64,000 nt of DNA, taken from NCBI GenBank assembly GCA_029780115.1, contig JAKOZG010000004.1:248607-312606 (forward strand), read 5' to 3'. Shown piece after piece: positions 8,230-18,974 of the stretch. Under the pieces are notes generated by a model. The model ran no database searches and was not told the DNA's origin. It saw only the letters and a program-made list of their open reading frames with translations. Made by a program: the position numbers and the translations under genes. Positions within the stretch are counted from its first letter, which is position 1, and the number at the start of each line of letters is the position of its first letter. The stretch is from Thermotogota bacterium (GTDB lineage: Bacteria > Thermotogota > Thermotogae > Petrotogales > Petrotogaceae).

Positions 8230-10593
8230 ATGAAAAAACTTAAATTAGATGATTTCTCAATAAAAATACCGGATCTAAAGATAGAAAATACTCAAGAAAT
8301 AAAAATAGGTTCTTATCAAGATTATACGATTCAAAAAGGAGCATGTGAAATTATTGATTTTGCCTTGAGAAGTTCAAATAATTCAAATAATATATTTGTA
8401 GTAGGTCCTACAGGGAGTGGTAGAAGAAGCATGACTCGCAAAATTGTAGAAAAGATAGCATTAAGTCAAAAAACTCCCCCTGATATAATGTATGTGTTTA
8501 ATTTTGTCGAAGAAAGAAAACCAAAGCTATTACGATTGCCTGCGGGAGAAGGAAAAAAGTTTAAATCTGAGTTGCAAAATATCATTGATTCGTCCGTCCA
8601 AGTATTAAACAAGACAATGTCTACGGAAGAATTTCAAGATCGTTTGAGTTCTTTGGAAAGAGAATATAACTCTCAAAGAGAAAAATTATGGTCCGATTTG
8701 AGAAAAGAAGCTCAAAGTTTGGGGTTCATACTAGAAGCCTCACAAAGAGGTATTATAAGTGTTCCTATCTTCGATGGGAAAAGGCTTACTCCACAAGAGT
8801 TTGAACAACTCCCAGCTGAAATAAAAGAGCAGTTTAGAAAGAATTCTGAAAAATTAATGCAATTGATAGAAAGAACCATGTCACGTATAACTCAATTAGA
8901 CAAAGAATACTGGGAAGAGGTTAAAAATTTAAGAAGGTATTGGGCAACCTTTAGTTTGAGTAAACTTTTTGAGCCATTAGAGAAAAAGTATTTAAAATAT
9001 TCTGATGTTTTTGAATACCTTCAACTTTTAAAAGAAGACATGGCTTTACATCTCTCACAGTTAACTTCTGATAATCAAAACATTATCAGAGCACTCAAGG
9101 AAAAAAGGTATGCAGTTAATGTTTTAGTAGATAATTCTTACCTTCAAGGTGCCCCACTAATGGAAGAAGATAATCCAACTTTTTCAAATCTAGTTGGAAG
9201 AATAGAGTATTACTCGCAAATGGGATTTCTTCAGACTGATTTTACTATGATAAAGCCGGGTGCCTTTCATAAAGCAAATGGTGGATATCTAATTATGGAA
9301 GCGGAGAAAGTTCTCAGGAAGCCGTATTCCTGGGAAGTTCTGAAGCGTGTTTTGACCGAGAATGAGATAAAGATTGAAAATATTCAAGCTGCTGAGGGTT
9401 ATTCCAGTGTAGAAACTTTAGAGCCAGAACCTTTACCTTTAAATATTAGAGTAATTCTAATTGGAGAAGAATGGGTATACACAATGATGAGAGCATACGA
9501 TAGTGAATTTGAAAAATTATTTCCAATAAAATCACAATTTGACTATGAAGTAGAATTAAATGATGAAAATATAAATAAATTTCTGGCATTCTTAAGCAAT
9601 GCTGTTCAAGAAAACAATCTCTCCCATATAACAAAAGATGGAGTAGAAGAGATAATAAAACATGCATGCAGAATGAATGGCAGCAACAAAAAAATATCTT
9701 TAAAATTGGGTGAGATAAAGAATCTTTTAGTTGACGCTTATAATTTTTCACGTAAAATTCCAGGCAATTATTATATCAATTCTAAAAATATAAAAGATGC
9801 AATAGATTTTAAGGAAAAGATGTTTTCTTTTCATAGAAACAAAATTTTCGAAGCTATTAGAAATGAGAAGATAGATATAAAAGTTGATGGTTATGAAGTT
9901 GGTCAAATTAATGGTCTGACTGTACTTGACACGATAGATTTTTCTTTTGGACATCCTGTAAAGATCACTGCTAAGAGTTATAGGTCATCCTCGGAAAAGA
10001 TAATAAATATACATCGCGATATAGATTTAAGTGGGAAAATATATAAAAAATCTTCTTTGGTAATAGAAAACTATTTTAAACACAAATTTTCTAGGTTTAT
10101 TCAAAGTGGTTTTGGTGTGTCTTTAAATTTTGAACAAGTATACTCTGTTATAGAAGGAGATAGTGCAACTGTAGCCGAAACTCTTGCTTTAATGTCCTCA
10201 ATAGCAAACGTTCCTTTAAAACAAAACATAGCTATTACAGCTTCTATGAATCAAAGCGGAGAAGTTTTGCCTGTTGGTGGAATAACCGAGAAGATAGAAG
10301 GTTTTTACCAAGCTTGTAAAAATATTGTTTTTACAGGAAATCAGGGTGTAATCATACCTGCTAAAAATATAGACAATATTGTTTTAAAGGATGAAATTAA
10401 AAAAGATATAGAGGATGAAAATTTTCATATTTGGACTATTAACAACATAGATGAAGCGGTAGAATTAATGACTGATTATAAGGCTGGAAAAACAAACGAA
10501 AAAGGAGAATATGAAGAAGGAACGTTTTATTATTATGTGTGTGAAAATTTAAAAGAACTAGCAAAAGAAGAAAAAGAAGAAAAAAATGAATGA
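8230..10593 (+). CDS. Lon-like protease, LonC-type, with a degenerate Walker A (GPTGSGRRS) and a C-terminal S16 Ser-Lys protease domain.
   Basis: C-terminal GDSATVAETLALMSSIAN...GGITEKIEG (catalytic Ser and Lys). The AAA-like domain has a large insertion. The Walker A lysine is replaced (GSGRRS). Confidence 0.75.
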   Translation: MKKLKLDDFSIKIPDLKIENTQEIKIGSYQDYTIQKGACEIIDFALRSSNNSNNIFVVGPTGSGRRSMTRKIVEKIALSQKTPPDIMYVFNFVEERKPKLLRLPAGEGKKFKSELQNIIDSSVQVLNKTMSTEEFQDRLSSLEREYNSQREKLWSDLRKEAQSLGFILEASQRGIISVPIFDGKRLTPQEFEQLPAEIKEQFRKNSEKLMQLIERTMSRITQLDKEYWEEVKNLRRYWATFSLSKLFEPLEKKYLKYSDVFEYLQLLKEDMALHLSQLTSDNQNIIRALKEKRYAVNVLVDNSYLQGAPLMEEDNPTFSNLVGRIEYYSQMGFLQTDFTMIKPGAFHKANGGYLIMEAEKVLRKPYSWEVLKRVLTENEIKIENIQAAEGYSSVETLEPEPLPLNIRVILIGEEWVYTMMRAYDSEFEKLFPIKSQFDYEVELNDENINKFLAFLSNAVQENNLSHITKDGVEEIIKHACRMNGSNKKISLKLGEIKNLLVDAYNFSRKIPGNYYINSKNIKDAIDFKEKMFSFHRNKIFEAIRNEKIDIKVDGYEVGQINGLTVLDTIDFSFGHPVKITAKSYRSSSEKIINIHRDIDLSGKIYKKSSLVIENYFKHKFSRFIQSGFGVSLNFEQVYSVIEGDSATVAETLALMSSIANVPLKQNIAITASMNQSGEVLPVGGITEKIEGFYQACKNIVFTGNQGVIIPAKNIDNIVLKDEIKKDIEDENFHIWTINNIDEAVELMTDYKAGKTNEKGEYEEGTFYYYVCENLKELAKEEKEEKNE

Positions 10594-10616
10594 AAGAATG
10601 AATAAATAAGGAAATA

Positions 10617-10659
10617 AAATAGCTGCCGGTTGATGCAAAATCTAACCCGCAGCTATTTT
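10617..10659. terminator. Bidirectional intrinsic terminator between the convergent lon-like and M32 carboxypeptidase genes (11-bp perfect stem AAAATAGCTGC/GCAGCTATTTT).
   Basis: Perfect inverted repeat with A/T-rich flanks directly between two convergent stop codons. Confidence 0.6.
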
Positions 10660-10660
10660 A

Positions 10661-12160
10661 TCAAATATTATAGATTTCTGTATATTTATTTGTTATATAA
10701 TCGACAAAATATTTTGGATTAAGTTTTTCCCCAGTTACCCTATAAATAAGTTCTTGTGGTTCAACCATTTTGCCATATTGGTGAATATTATCTTTTAACC
10801 AGTTTATAATTGATGTTGCCTCACCTTTTTCAAGATCGGATGAATAACTCGGTATATCTTGTTTTAATTTGGAAAATAATTGAGCTGCGTACAAGTTACC
10901 CAACATGTACGATGGAAAATACCCAAACGAACCATTAGACCAATGGACATCTTGTAAAACACCAAGAGAATTATTTGGAGGAACTATTCCTAGATATTCT
11001 TTCATTTTGTCATTCCAAATTAAAGGTAATTCTTTAGTGGTGATTTTATCGTTAATCAAAGCTTCTTCTATTTCAAATCTCAGCATTATATGAAAATTAT
11101 AAGTTACTTCGTCTGCTTCTGTTCTTAATAAACTTCTCTCGACTATATTTACTCCTTTATAAAGATCTTTACTGGATAAACCTTTAAAAGAATTAAATAT
11201 TAATTTAATTCTTGTTGAAAAATAGTTCCAGAAAGGAAGACTTCTTCCTATAATATTTTCCCAAAACCTTGATTGTGACTCATGAATAGCCATAGAAGCC
11301 CCTTCATCTAAAGGAGTTTCAAAAAAAACGGCTGGAATGTTTAATTCATAAAGAGCATGTCCACATTCGTGAATGGTAGAAAACAAAGAATATCTAAGGT
11401 CTTCAGTACTGTATTTTGTTGTAATTCTTACATCCCTAGGGCCTATTTTTGTTGTGAAAGGATGTACAGAAGTATCTAATCTTCCGGAACTAAAATCGAA
11501 ATTCATAAATTTTAGTGCTTCTAATGATAATTCTTTTTGTTTGTTCATATCAAAATTGCCTTTGTAAAAATCATCACGTGGTTCTTTTCCTTCTTCAAGT
11601 AGTTTATTCAAAAAAAGTATGAGATTTTCTTTTAAGTATGCAATGATTTCAGAAACTTCGGTAGTTTTTAGACCAGGTTCATATAAATCTAGTAATGCAT
11701 CATACCTGTTCTTTTCATAACCTAACGAATCAGCTTCTTCTTTTACTAACCTTATGATTTCATCTAAATAAGGTTGAAAGATACTAAAATCATCGTTTTC
11801 TTTTGCTTGTTTCCAGGCTAAGTTTGCGTTAGCTGTCGTTTCTGCTAAATTTCTGACTAGTTTTGCTGGGATTTTTTTAATTTTTTCAAATTCTTTGTCT
11901 GCCACCTTTATTAAGGCTTTGTCAGTTTCATTAAGATCTCTTAAAATATTTTCTTGGGCAAAATAGGCTAGAAACTCTGCCATTTTATTCGAAACAAAAA
12001 GATTGTAACGCATTTCTGATAGTTCAGCTAAAGCTTTAGATCTATAATATACTGACTTATCTGGGGCATAAGTTTCAAGATCCCAATAAATAAGTGAAAG
12101 TGCTTGTTCATATCGTGAAATTTTAGCAAGATACTCCTTAAAATTATCGATTTTTTCCAT
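10661..12160 (-). CDS. M32 family carboxypeptidase (Taq-type thermostable carboxypeptidase).
   Basis: HEXXH zinc motif HECGHALYE. Downstream HESQSRFWEN. Length 499 aa. Confidence 0.9.
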   Translation of the reverse strand: MEKIDNFKEYLAKISRYEQALSLIYWDLETYAPDKSVYYRSKALAELSEMRYNLFVSNKMAEFLAYFAQENILRDLNETDKALIKVADKEFEKIKKIPAKLVRNLAETTANANLAWKQAKENDDFSIFQPYLDEIIRLVKEEADSLGYEKNRYDALLDLYEPGLKTTEVSEIIAYLKENLILFLNKLLEEGKEPRDDFYKGNFDMNKQKELSLEALKFMNFDFSSGRLDTSVHPFTTKIGPRDVRITTKYSTEDLRYSLFSTIHECGHALYELNIPAVFFETPLDEGASMAIHESQSRFWENIIGRSLPFWNYFSTRIKLIFNSFKGLSSKDLYKGVNIVERSLLRTEADEVTYNFHIMLRFEIEEALINDKITTKELPLIWNDKMKEYLGIVPPNNSLGVLQDVHWSNGSFGYFPSYMLGNLYAAQLFSKLKQDIPSYSSDLEKGEATSIINWLKDNIHQYGKMVEPQELIYRVTGEKLNPKYFVDYITNKYTEIYNI

Positions 12161-12633
12161 GTTATAACCTCCATAATTTTATGACATAAAAGATTAACTT
12201 ACCTAATTATAACAGTTTCCTTTACAAACATAAAACTTTTAAATTTTGATAAATTAGATAATTTGTTGTATAATTCTTATAAGCGATTTTATCGATAATT
12301 TATAAATTATGAGATTCTAAGATAATATATAAGTTATTTTGGAACTATCACAAATGATTTCTAAAGTTGTTTTAATGTAGAAACCTATTTATAGATTAGG
12401 ATAAATGTGATGATTAATTTTAAAATAGCACCCTTGAAATCTGAAATAATCAGGGTTAATAAAAATATTTTTTAGCAAATTATCATTAATCTTATGAGAA
12501 TATGTTGTTTTAAATAAACTCTAAATAGGTTATTGTAATTTACTAATAGAGCTTTTGAAATACAAGAAGAGGAAAGGAGCTTTTTGAAGGTCGATAAAGT
12601 TAGTTTAATTTCTTTACATTCGACTTTGATAAA

Positions 12634-13764
12634 ATGAATATAACGGGTAGAGACACTTTTGCCATAGTAAACATCGATAAATATTTAGAAAATTTAAACT
12701 TTTTGGGTTCTTACACAAACGCTAAAATCATGCCGGTTGTAAAGGCTGATGCTTATGGGCATGGTATGATAGCTTTAGCTAGGGAGGCCTTGAAAGAAGG
12801 CAATAATATGTTTGCTGTAGCCTTTTTGGAAGAAGCTTTGGAATTATTAGATAATGGTATGTTGTGTAATATTCTCATTTTTAATTATTTTAACCCTAAA
12901 GATTTTAAAAATATAGTGGATTATTCAAATTATTTGAAGCCAACAATAACATCAATTGATTTTTTAGAAAAAGCTTGTGATATACTAGGAAAAGATATAA
13001 GCAAATTTAAATTTCATTTAAATATTGATACAGGGATAAATAGGATAGGGATAAAAGAAAAAGAATTGCCTACATTAACAAAATTGATAAAAGATCATCA
13101 TATCAAGATTGAAGGAGTTTATTCCCATTTTGCAACTGCTGACGAAAAAGATGGTTTTGTAGAAGATCAATTTAACAAATATTTAGAGTTGCTAAATTTT
13201 ATCCTTGATCAAGGAATTGACATAAAAACAAGACATATAGCTAATAGTGCAGGTCTTCTTTTTTTCCCTCAATACTCTTTGGATTATGTGAGACCAGGAA
13301 TTGCTACTTTTGGCATGCAGCCGTCGAATTTGGATAATATTGAAGAACTAAAACCAATTATGGAGTTCAAAAGTGTAATAGTTAAAGTGAATGAACTGAA
13401 TTCTGGTGAAAGTGTTGGTTACGGTAGAACTTTTGTAGCAACAAAAAAAATGAAAACTGCTATTATCCCTGTAGGATATGCTGATGGGTATTTTAGGAAT
13501 CTGTCAAACAAAGCCGAGGTATTGATTAAAGGTAAAAAATGTCGTTTGTTAGGAAACATTTCTATGGATCAAATGGTTGTTGATGTTAGTGAAATAGATG
13601 CAAATGTTGGAGATGAAGTAGTATTGATAGGACAACAAGAAGATCAAAGAATTACTGTTGAAGAACTTGCCCAAAAAGCTGGAACGATTAATTACGAAAT
13701 TACCTCTAAGATAACCAAGAGAGTACCAAGAATTTACATCAGAGGAGGAAAGTGTCTTGTGTGA
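12634..13764 (+). CDS. alr: Alanine racemase.
   Basis: PLP-lysine motif VVKADAYGHG. Length 376 aa. C-terminal beta-domain. Confidence 0.9.
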   Translation: MNITGRDTFAIVNIDKYLENLNFLGSYTNAKIMPVVKADAYGHGMIALAREALKEGNNMFAVAFLEEALELLDNGMLCNILIFNYFNPKDFKNIVDYSNYLKPTITSIDFLEKACDILGKDISKFKFHLNIDTGINRIGIKEKELPTLTKLIKDHHIKIEGVYSHFATADEKDGFVEDQFNKYLELLNFILDQGIDIKTRHIANSAGLLFFPQYSLDYVRPGIATFGMQPSNLDNIEELKPIMEFKSVIVKVNELNSGESVGYGRTFVATKKMKTAIIPVGYADGYFRNLSNKAEVLIKGKKCRLLGNISMDQMVVDVSEIDANVGDEVVLIGQQEDQRITVEELAQKAGTINYEITSKITKRVPRIYIRGGKCLV

Positions 13765-14836
13765 CAACTATTCCTTGGGTGATATTTTAAGAGGAAAAAT
13801 TGACAGTTATAACATCGATCCTAATAGCAAAGAAAAAATTAATCAAGTTAAATTGATTTCGGAACTTAAACCTAACGAAGAAGTAGAAGTAGAAGGTAAA
13901 GTTATCAGTAAGAGGCTTCAAAAGACCAAATCTGATAAAGCATTTTTGCTAATCACTTTAGTGGATAAGAGTCAATCAATTAGGGCCGTTGATTGGTATT
14001 ATCCAGAAGAAAATAATAATAAAATCCAAGTGGGAGATGTCATAAAAGTAAAGGGGAAAACTGTTTTTTTTGAAAATAGGATCCAAATAAATGTTGTCAA
14101 CGATATTGATTCTATCGAGATATTAAATCCTCTTGAAGTTAATCCTGAAAAATATTTAAGAAATTCTCAAACTGAACTAATAGCTTTGACCCACAAATTA
14201 GAAAATTATATTTCACAAGTGAAAAATACAGGAATTAAAGCGCTGCTGAAATCAATATTTATAGAAAACAATTCTATTAGAGAAATGTTTTTAACTTCTC
14301 CAGCAGCCATCGAGGTACACCATGCATATCCTAATGGATTAATTGAACATAGTTTAAAGGTTACGGAATTATCTTTATGTTTATACGAAGCCTATTGTGA
14401 ACAAGATGTTTACATTAATAGAGATGTAATAATTGCTGGCTCCTTATTACACGATATAGGAAAAATTGAGGAATATATTATCACACCAACTGGCATAGAA
14501 AAAACTGAGCAAGGAGAATTGATGGGTCATATACCTTTAGGTGCAAAACTGATTTATGAAGAATCAAAAAAGATAGAAGAAAAAATTGAAAAAGAAGATA
14601 TCGAACATATCATTCATATAATTTTGTCTCATCATGGTGAAATTGAGTATGGAAGTCCAGTTGTACCTAAGACTTTGGAAGCAATGATAGTAAATTTCAG
14701 TGATAATATTGATTCTAAGATAGCTCGTGCAAAAGAAAACATTAAAAATACGCTTCAGATAAACGAAAACTCCACTTGGAGCGAATATGATAGAAGACTT
14801 GATAGAAAAATAAAAATTGAAAAATACACTGATTAA
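13757..14836 (+). CDS. yhaM: OB-fold + HD-domain 3'-5' exoribonuclease, YhaM-like.
   Basis: N-terminal OB-fold region. HD motifs HHAYPNGLIEHSL and LLHDIGK. Overlaps the alr stop by 8 nt. Confidence 0.7.
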   Translation: MCDNYSLGDILRGKIDSYNIDPNSKEKINQVKLISELKPNEEVEVEGKVISKRLQKTKSDKAFLLITLVDKSQSIRAVDWYYPEENNNKIQVGDVIKVKGKTVFFENRIQINVVNDIDSIEILNPLEVNPEKYLRNSQTELIALTHKLENYISQVKNTGIKALLKSIFIENNSIREMFLTSPAAIEVHHAYPNGLIEHSLKVTELSLCLYEAYCEQDVYINRDVIIAGSLLHDIGKIEEYIITPTGIEKTEQGELMGHIPLGAKLIYEESKKIEEKIEKEDIEHIIHIILSHHGEIEYGSPVVPKTLEAMIVNFSDNIDSKIARAKENIKNTLQINENSTWSEYDRRLDRKIKIEKYTD

Positions 14837-14868
14837 ACTTAGTTTTAGTTTTGCAGGGAGGTAAATGA

Positions 14869-17172
14869 ATGGCAAAAAAGAATAATGAAAAAACAAAAGA
14901 CAAAAACAAAAAGAACAATTCTTATAATGGAAATATTAAATATGTAGTGATAGTTGAGTCTCCTTCAAAAGCAAAAACAATAGAAAAATACCTTGGAAAA
15001 GAGTATAAGGTTATTGCCTCAAAAGGACATGTTAGAGATTTACCAGAGAAAGAGTTTGGAGTGGATATTGAAAATAACTTTGAACCGGAATTTCAAATAA
15101 TTCCAAACAAAGAAAAAGTAATCAAAGACATACAAAAAGAAACGAAGGACAAAAAAGTTTTGTTAGCTTCTGATATGGATAGGGAAGGAGAAGCAATAGC
15201 TTGGCATATTGCTCAATTATTGGATCTTGATCCTAAGGAAAAAAACAGGATAGTATTTTCAGAAATTACAAAAAATGCAATTTTAAATTCTGTAGAAAAT
15301 CCTAGAAGTCTTGATTTAAATAAAGTAGATGCTCAGATTGCAAGAAGAATTTTAGATAGGATAGTTGGATATAAGATCTCCCCTTTGGTATGGGAGGCTC
15401 TCAAAAATTATAATACAAGTGCTGGAAGAGTTCAATCGGCAGCCTTAAAGTTGATAATAGACAGAGAAAGAAAGATATTTACTTTTAAGCCAAAAAAGTA
15501 TTTTAAAATATTTTTAGACCATAAAGGATTAATAATTCCATTAACAAAAGAAAACGGTAAGACATTAAAACCAGAATCTGTTAATGAAAAAAAGAAAAAT
15601 GAAATTTTTGAATACTTAAAAGACAAAAAATTAAAAGTTACCGCCATAGAAGAAAATGAAACTTTTAAAAGTCCTCCTTATCCTTTTATCACAAGTACAA
15701 TGCAGCAAAGTGCTGTATCAACATTTGGATGGAGTTCTAGTAAGGTAATGAAAATTGCCCAAGATTTATATGAAGGGATAGAGACCCCTGAGGGAAGAAC
15801 TGCGTTTATAACTTATATGAGGACCGATTCAACAAGAATTTCTGAGGTGGCCAAAAGATCTGCTTCAGAATATTTGGAAAAGAAATTTGGAAAACAATAT
15901 GTAGGAAATTATGTAAACAAAGGTAAAAAGTCAAATGTACAAGATGCACATGAAGCTATCAGGCCAACAGATGTAGCAATAAATCCAGAAAAAGCAAAAA
16001 AACTAATTTCAGGAGATCATTTAAAATTATACACCTTGATTTGGAATAGATTTATGGCGTCTCAATCTGCGCCTGCAAAATATCAAGAAAAAAAATACAT
16101 AATAGAGGATGAGACCTTGAAATATTCGTTTGAAATAACGTCCAAGAAGTGTCTTTTTGACGGATTTGAAAAGTTTTGGAAGTCATCAAATGGAGAAAAT
16201 TATTTTGAGTTAGACACAAATGAAGAGATAACCTTTGAAGAACTTAAATGTGAAGAAAAGGAAACAAATCCCCCGAATAGATATACCGAAGCGACTCTAA
16301 TTAAGGAACTTGAAGCTAAAAAGATAGGAAGACCTTCTACTTATGCAACAATAATATTGACTTTACTTGATAGAAAGTATGTAGTAAAAATTGATAAAAA
16401 TTCACTAAGACCGACGACAACTGGTTTTGTTGTTACTGATTTCTTAGAAAAATTTTTTCCTGATATCGTTGATGTAAAATTCACAGCTAGAATGGAAAAA
16501 GATCTAGATCAGATAGAAGAAGGGAAAAACAATAGTAAAAAGGTTTTAGAAGATTTTTATATTGAGTTTGAAAAATTTCTTGAACGTGCTACAAAAGAAA
16601 TTAAAAATGGAGAATTAGAATTAAATTATGAAAGCGATGTTCCTTGTAAAAAATGCGAAAAAATGATGAAATTAAATTTTGGTAGATTTGGCTTATATCT
16701 TTCATGTGAGGAATGTAAAGAAACGTTAAAAATTCCATTAGAATCTTTTGGTGTTACTATAAATAATAAATTGTATATCAAAGAATTTTTAGAAACCAGC
16801 TTAAAAGTAAACGGAGAGAATAATAAAATAGGCGAAAAATGTCCGATGTGTGATGGAGATTTAATATTAAAAAATGGAAGGTATGGGGAATTCATTGCTT
16901 GTAGTAATTATCCAAAATGTACATTTACCAAAAATGTAACTGCAAGGGGAAATTGTCCAAATTGCGGAGGTGTAATAGAAAAATTAAGAAGCAAAAAAGG
17001 AAGAATATATTATAAATGTACTTCTTGTGGTGAAATGTATTGGGATGAACCTTCAGAGTATAAATGTCCTCAATGCGAAAGCACACTATTTTATAAAGTT
17101 AATAAAGGAAAAGAAAAACTATATTGTGAAAAAGATAAGAAATATTTCGAACTTGAAAAACTTAAAAAATAA
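14869..17172 (+). CDS. topA: DNA topoisomerase I with multiple C-terminal Cys4 zinc ribbons.
   Basis: TOPRIM N-terminus VVIVESPSKAKTIEKYLG. Catalytic Tyr region. C-terminal CxxC...CxxC repeats. Confidence 0.9.
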   Translation: MAKKNNEKTKDKNKKNNSYNGNIKYVVIVESPSKAKTIEKYLGKEYKVIASKGHVRDLPEKEFGVDIENNFEPEFQIIPNKEKVIKDIQKETKDKKVLLASDMDREGEAIAWHIAQLLDLDPKEKNRIVFSEITKNAILNSVENPRSLDLNKVDAQIARRILDRIVGYKISPLVWEALKNYNTSAGRVQSAALKLIIDRERKIFTFKPKKYFKIFLDHKGLIIPLTKENGKTLKPESVNEKKKNEIFEYLKDKKLKVTAIEENETFKSPPYPFITSTMQQSAVSTFGWSSSKVMKIAQDLYEGIETPEGRTAFITYMRTDSTRISEVAKRSASEYLEKKFGKQYVGNYVNKGKKSNVQDAHEAIRPTDVAINPEKAKKLISGDHLKLYTLIWNRFMASQSAPAKYQEKKYIIEDETLKYSFEITSKKCLFDGFEKFWKSSNGENYFELDTNEEITFEELKCEEKETNPPNRYTEATLIKELEAKKIGRPSTYATIILTLLDRKYVVKIDKNSLRPTTTGFVVTDFLEKFFPDIVDVKFTARMEKDLDQIEEGKNNSKKVLEDFYIEFEKFLERATKEIKNGELELNYESDVPCKKCEKMMKLNFGRFGLYLSCEECKETLKIPLESFGVTINNKLYIKEFLETSLKVNGENNKIGEKCPMCDGDLILKNGRYGEFIACSNYPKCTFTKNVTARGNCPNCGGVIEKLRSKKGRIYYKCTSCGEMYWDEPSEYKCPQCESTLFYKVNKGKEKLYCEKDKKYFELEKLKK

Positions 17173-17190
17173 GAAAAGGAGAAGTAAAAG

Positions 17191-18114
17191 GTGATAATTC
17201 CTATTGTTGCTGGTGGGAAATCTTTAGAACGAGAGGTTTCTTTTAGGAGTGCAAAAAACATTGAGAAGAGTCTTAGAAATCTAGGGTTTGATACTTTGAT
17301 TTTAGATCCAATTGACAAAGACTTTATAGACCAAATTAAAAACTATTCCTTTGTCTTTAATATTGTTCATGGTGATTTTGGTGAAGATGGGAGACTTCCA
17401 TCTCTTTTTGAAATTTTAGGTATTGATTATACATGTTCAAATCCTGAGACATCTTACATAACTTATGATAAGTATGTATTTTTTCTCTTTTTTAAAGATT
17501 ATTTAAAAATGCCTAAAACATTTCTGACAAACGATTTTATACCTCCTCCTTTTGAATTTCCTTTGGTTATCAAACCTAGAAAAAGTGGTTCAAGTAAAGG
17601 TGTTTATATAATACACGATATGAAGGAGTATAATCTCTATTTAAAACAAGACTTGTTAGATTTTGAAGATATTTTGATTCAGGAATACATAAAAGGAAAA
17701 GAGATCACCATTTCTTTTGTTCAGGAAGATGAAGAATTTATACTTTTACCTTTATTACAGATTATTCCGAAAAAAGAATTTTATGATTATGAAGCTAAGT
17801 ATACAACTGGTTTAACCGATTTAAAACCATGGCTATTTCCTCCAGAAAAAATAAGAAAACAAGTGGATAGAATTGGAGCGATAATTACAAATTTAATAGC
17901 CTTGAAAGATATGTTTAGAGTTGATGCAATCATAAACAATAATGATGATGTTTATGTATTAGAGGTTAATACAATACCTGGTATGACAGATTTAAGTGAC
18001 CTGCCAACTTCTGCAAAAGCTATTGATATAGAATTTGAAGACATCGTCAGGACTATCTTGAGCAACCATTCTATTTCTTTAAAAGAATCTAAGCAGAGAG
18101 AAAGTAGCTTATAA
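17191..18114 (+). CDS. ddl: D-alanine--D-alanine ligase.
   Basis: N-terminus IVAGGKSLEREVSFRSAKNIEKSLRNLGFD. ATP-grasp region. Length 307 aa. Confidence 0.85.
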   Translation: MIIPIVAGGKSLEREVSFRSAKNIEKSLRNLGFDTLILDPIDKDFIDQIKNYSFVFNIVHGDFGEDGRLPSLFEILGIDYTCSNPETSYITYDKYVFFLFFKDYLKMPKTFLTNDFIPPPFEFPLVIKPRKSGSSKGVYIIHDMKEYNLYLKQDLLDFEDILIQEYIKGKEITISFVQEDEEFILLPLLQIIPKKEFYDYEAKYTTGLTDLKPWLFPPEKIRKQVDRIGAIITNLIALKDMFRVDAIINNNDDVYVLEVNTIPGMTDLSDLPTSAKAIDIEFEDIVRTILSNHSISLKESKQRESSL

Positions 18115-18440
18115 GTTAATAAAATATCAAAAATCATGGTGAGAATTAGTTGAATAAGATGTCTGATAACTTTAAAATGGCAAGATAACGATCTGTTTTT
18201 AGAAGGCAGAGTACTAAATGAATAAAAATTTTTTTGGGATGTCAAAATAGAAAGGGTTAGGGAGCGAAGTTATTCTCTTTAGATATGGGTATTAAAGATG
18301 TCAAACGAATCTTTAGTTGATATAGAAGATTAAAAGGTAGTAGGTATTTTTTAAAAGACTAAATCTGAATCGTTCACAAACATATACTTTTGAATTTCTA
18401 AGACGCCATTAAACGAATAGTTTGTAAGGAGGAATAAAAA

Positions 18441-18974
18441 ATGCAGTTTCAGGGTACTACAATATTAGGCGTGAGAAGGAACGGTAAAACGGTTATAGGG
18501 GGAGATGGACAGGTTACTATGGGAGAAACTGTTTTTAAGGGAAACGCTAGAAAGGTGAGAAGAATAGGAGAAGGAAAAGTAATATCAGGTTTTGCGGGTT
18601 CTGTAGCAGATGCCTTAGCATTATATGAGAGGTTTGAAACAAAGTACAAATCTTCTAATGGAAATTTAATTAGGGCTGCCGTAGATCTAACAAAAGAATG
18701 GAGAATGGATAAGGTATTGAGACGATTAGAAGCTTTGTTACTTGTTGCGGATAAAGAAAATATGTTATTAATTTCTGGAAATGGTGAAGTTTTGGAACCC
18801 CAAGAAGATGCTATAGCTATAGGTTCTGGAGGACCTTATGCATATGCTGCTGCAATTGCACTTCTGAGGAATACTGACTTGGATGCTGAAGAGATAGTTA
18901 GGCAATCATTACAAATAGCAGGTCAAATTTGCATATATTCGAACGAAAATATTGTTTTGGAGATTATAGAATGA
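18441..18974 (+). CDS. hslV: ATP-dependent protease subunit HslV.
   Basis: N-terminal catalytic Thr context [21 protein letters not shown]. Strong SD AAGGAGG. Confidence 0.9.
   Translation: MQFQGTTILGVRRNGKTVIGGDGQVTMGETVFKGNARKVRRIGEGKVISGFAGSVADALALYERFETKYKSSNGNLIRAAVDLTKEWRMDKVLRRLEALLLVADKENMLLISGNGEVLEPQEDAIAIGSGGPYAYAAAIALLRNTDLDAEEIVRQSLQIAGQICIYSNENIVLEIIE

Noticed and set aside
9446-9954. Two minus-strand ORFs (101 aa and 68 aa) inside the lon-like gene
   Set aside because: They are fully embedded antisense to a well-supported CDS. They are AT-rich and low-complexity and have no start context.
17952-18245. 97-aa minus-strand ORF overlapping the ddl 3' end and the ddl-hslV spacer
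   Set aside because: Antisense to ddl for most of its length. No RBS and no recognisable motifs.
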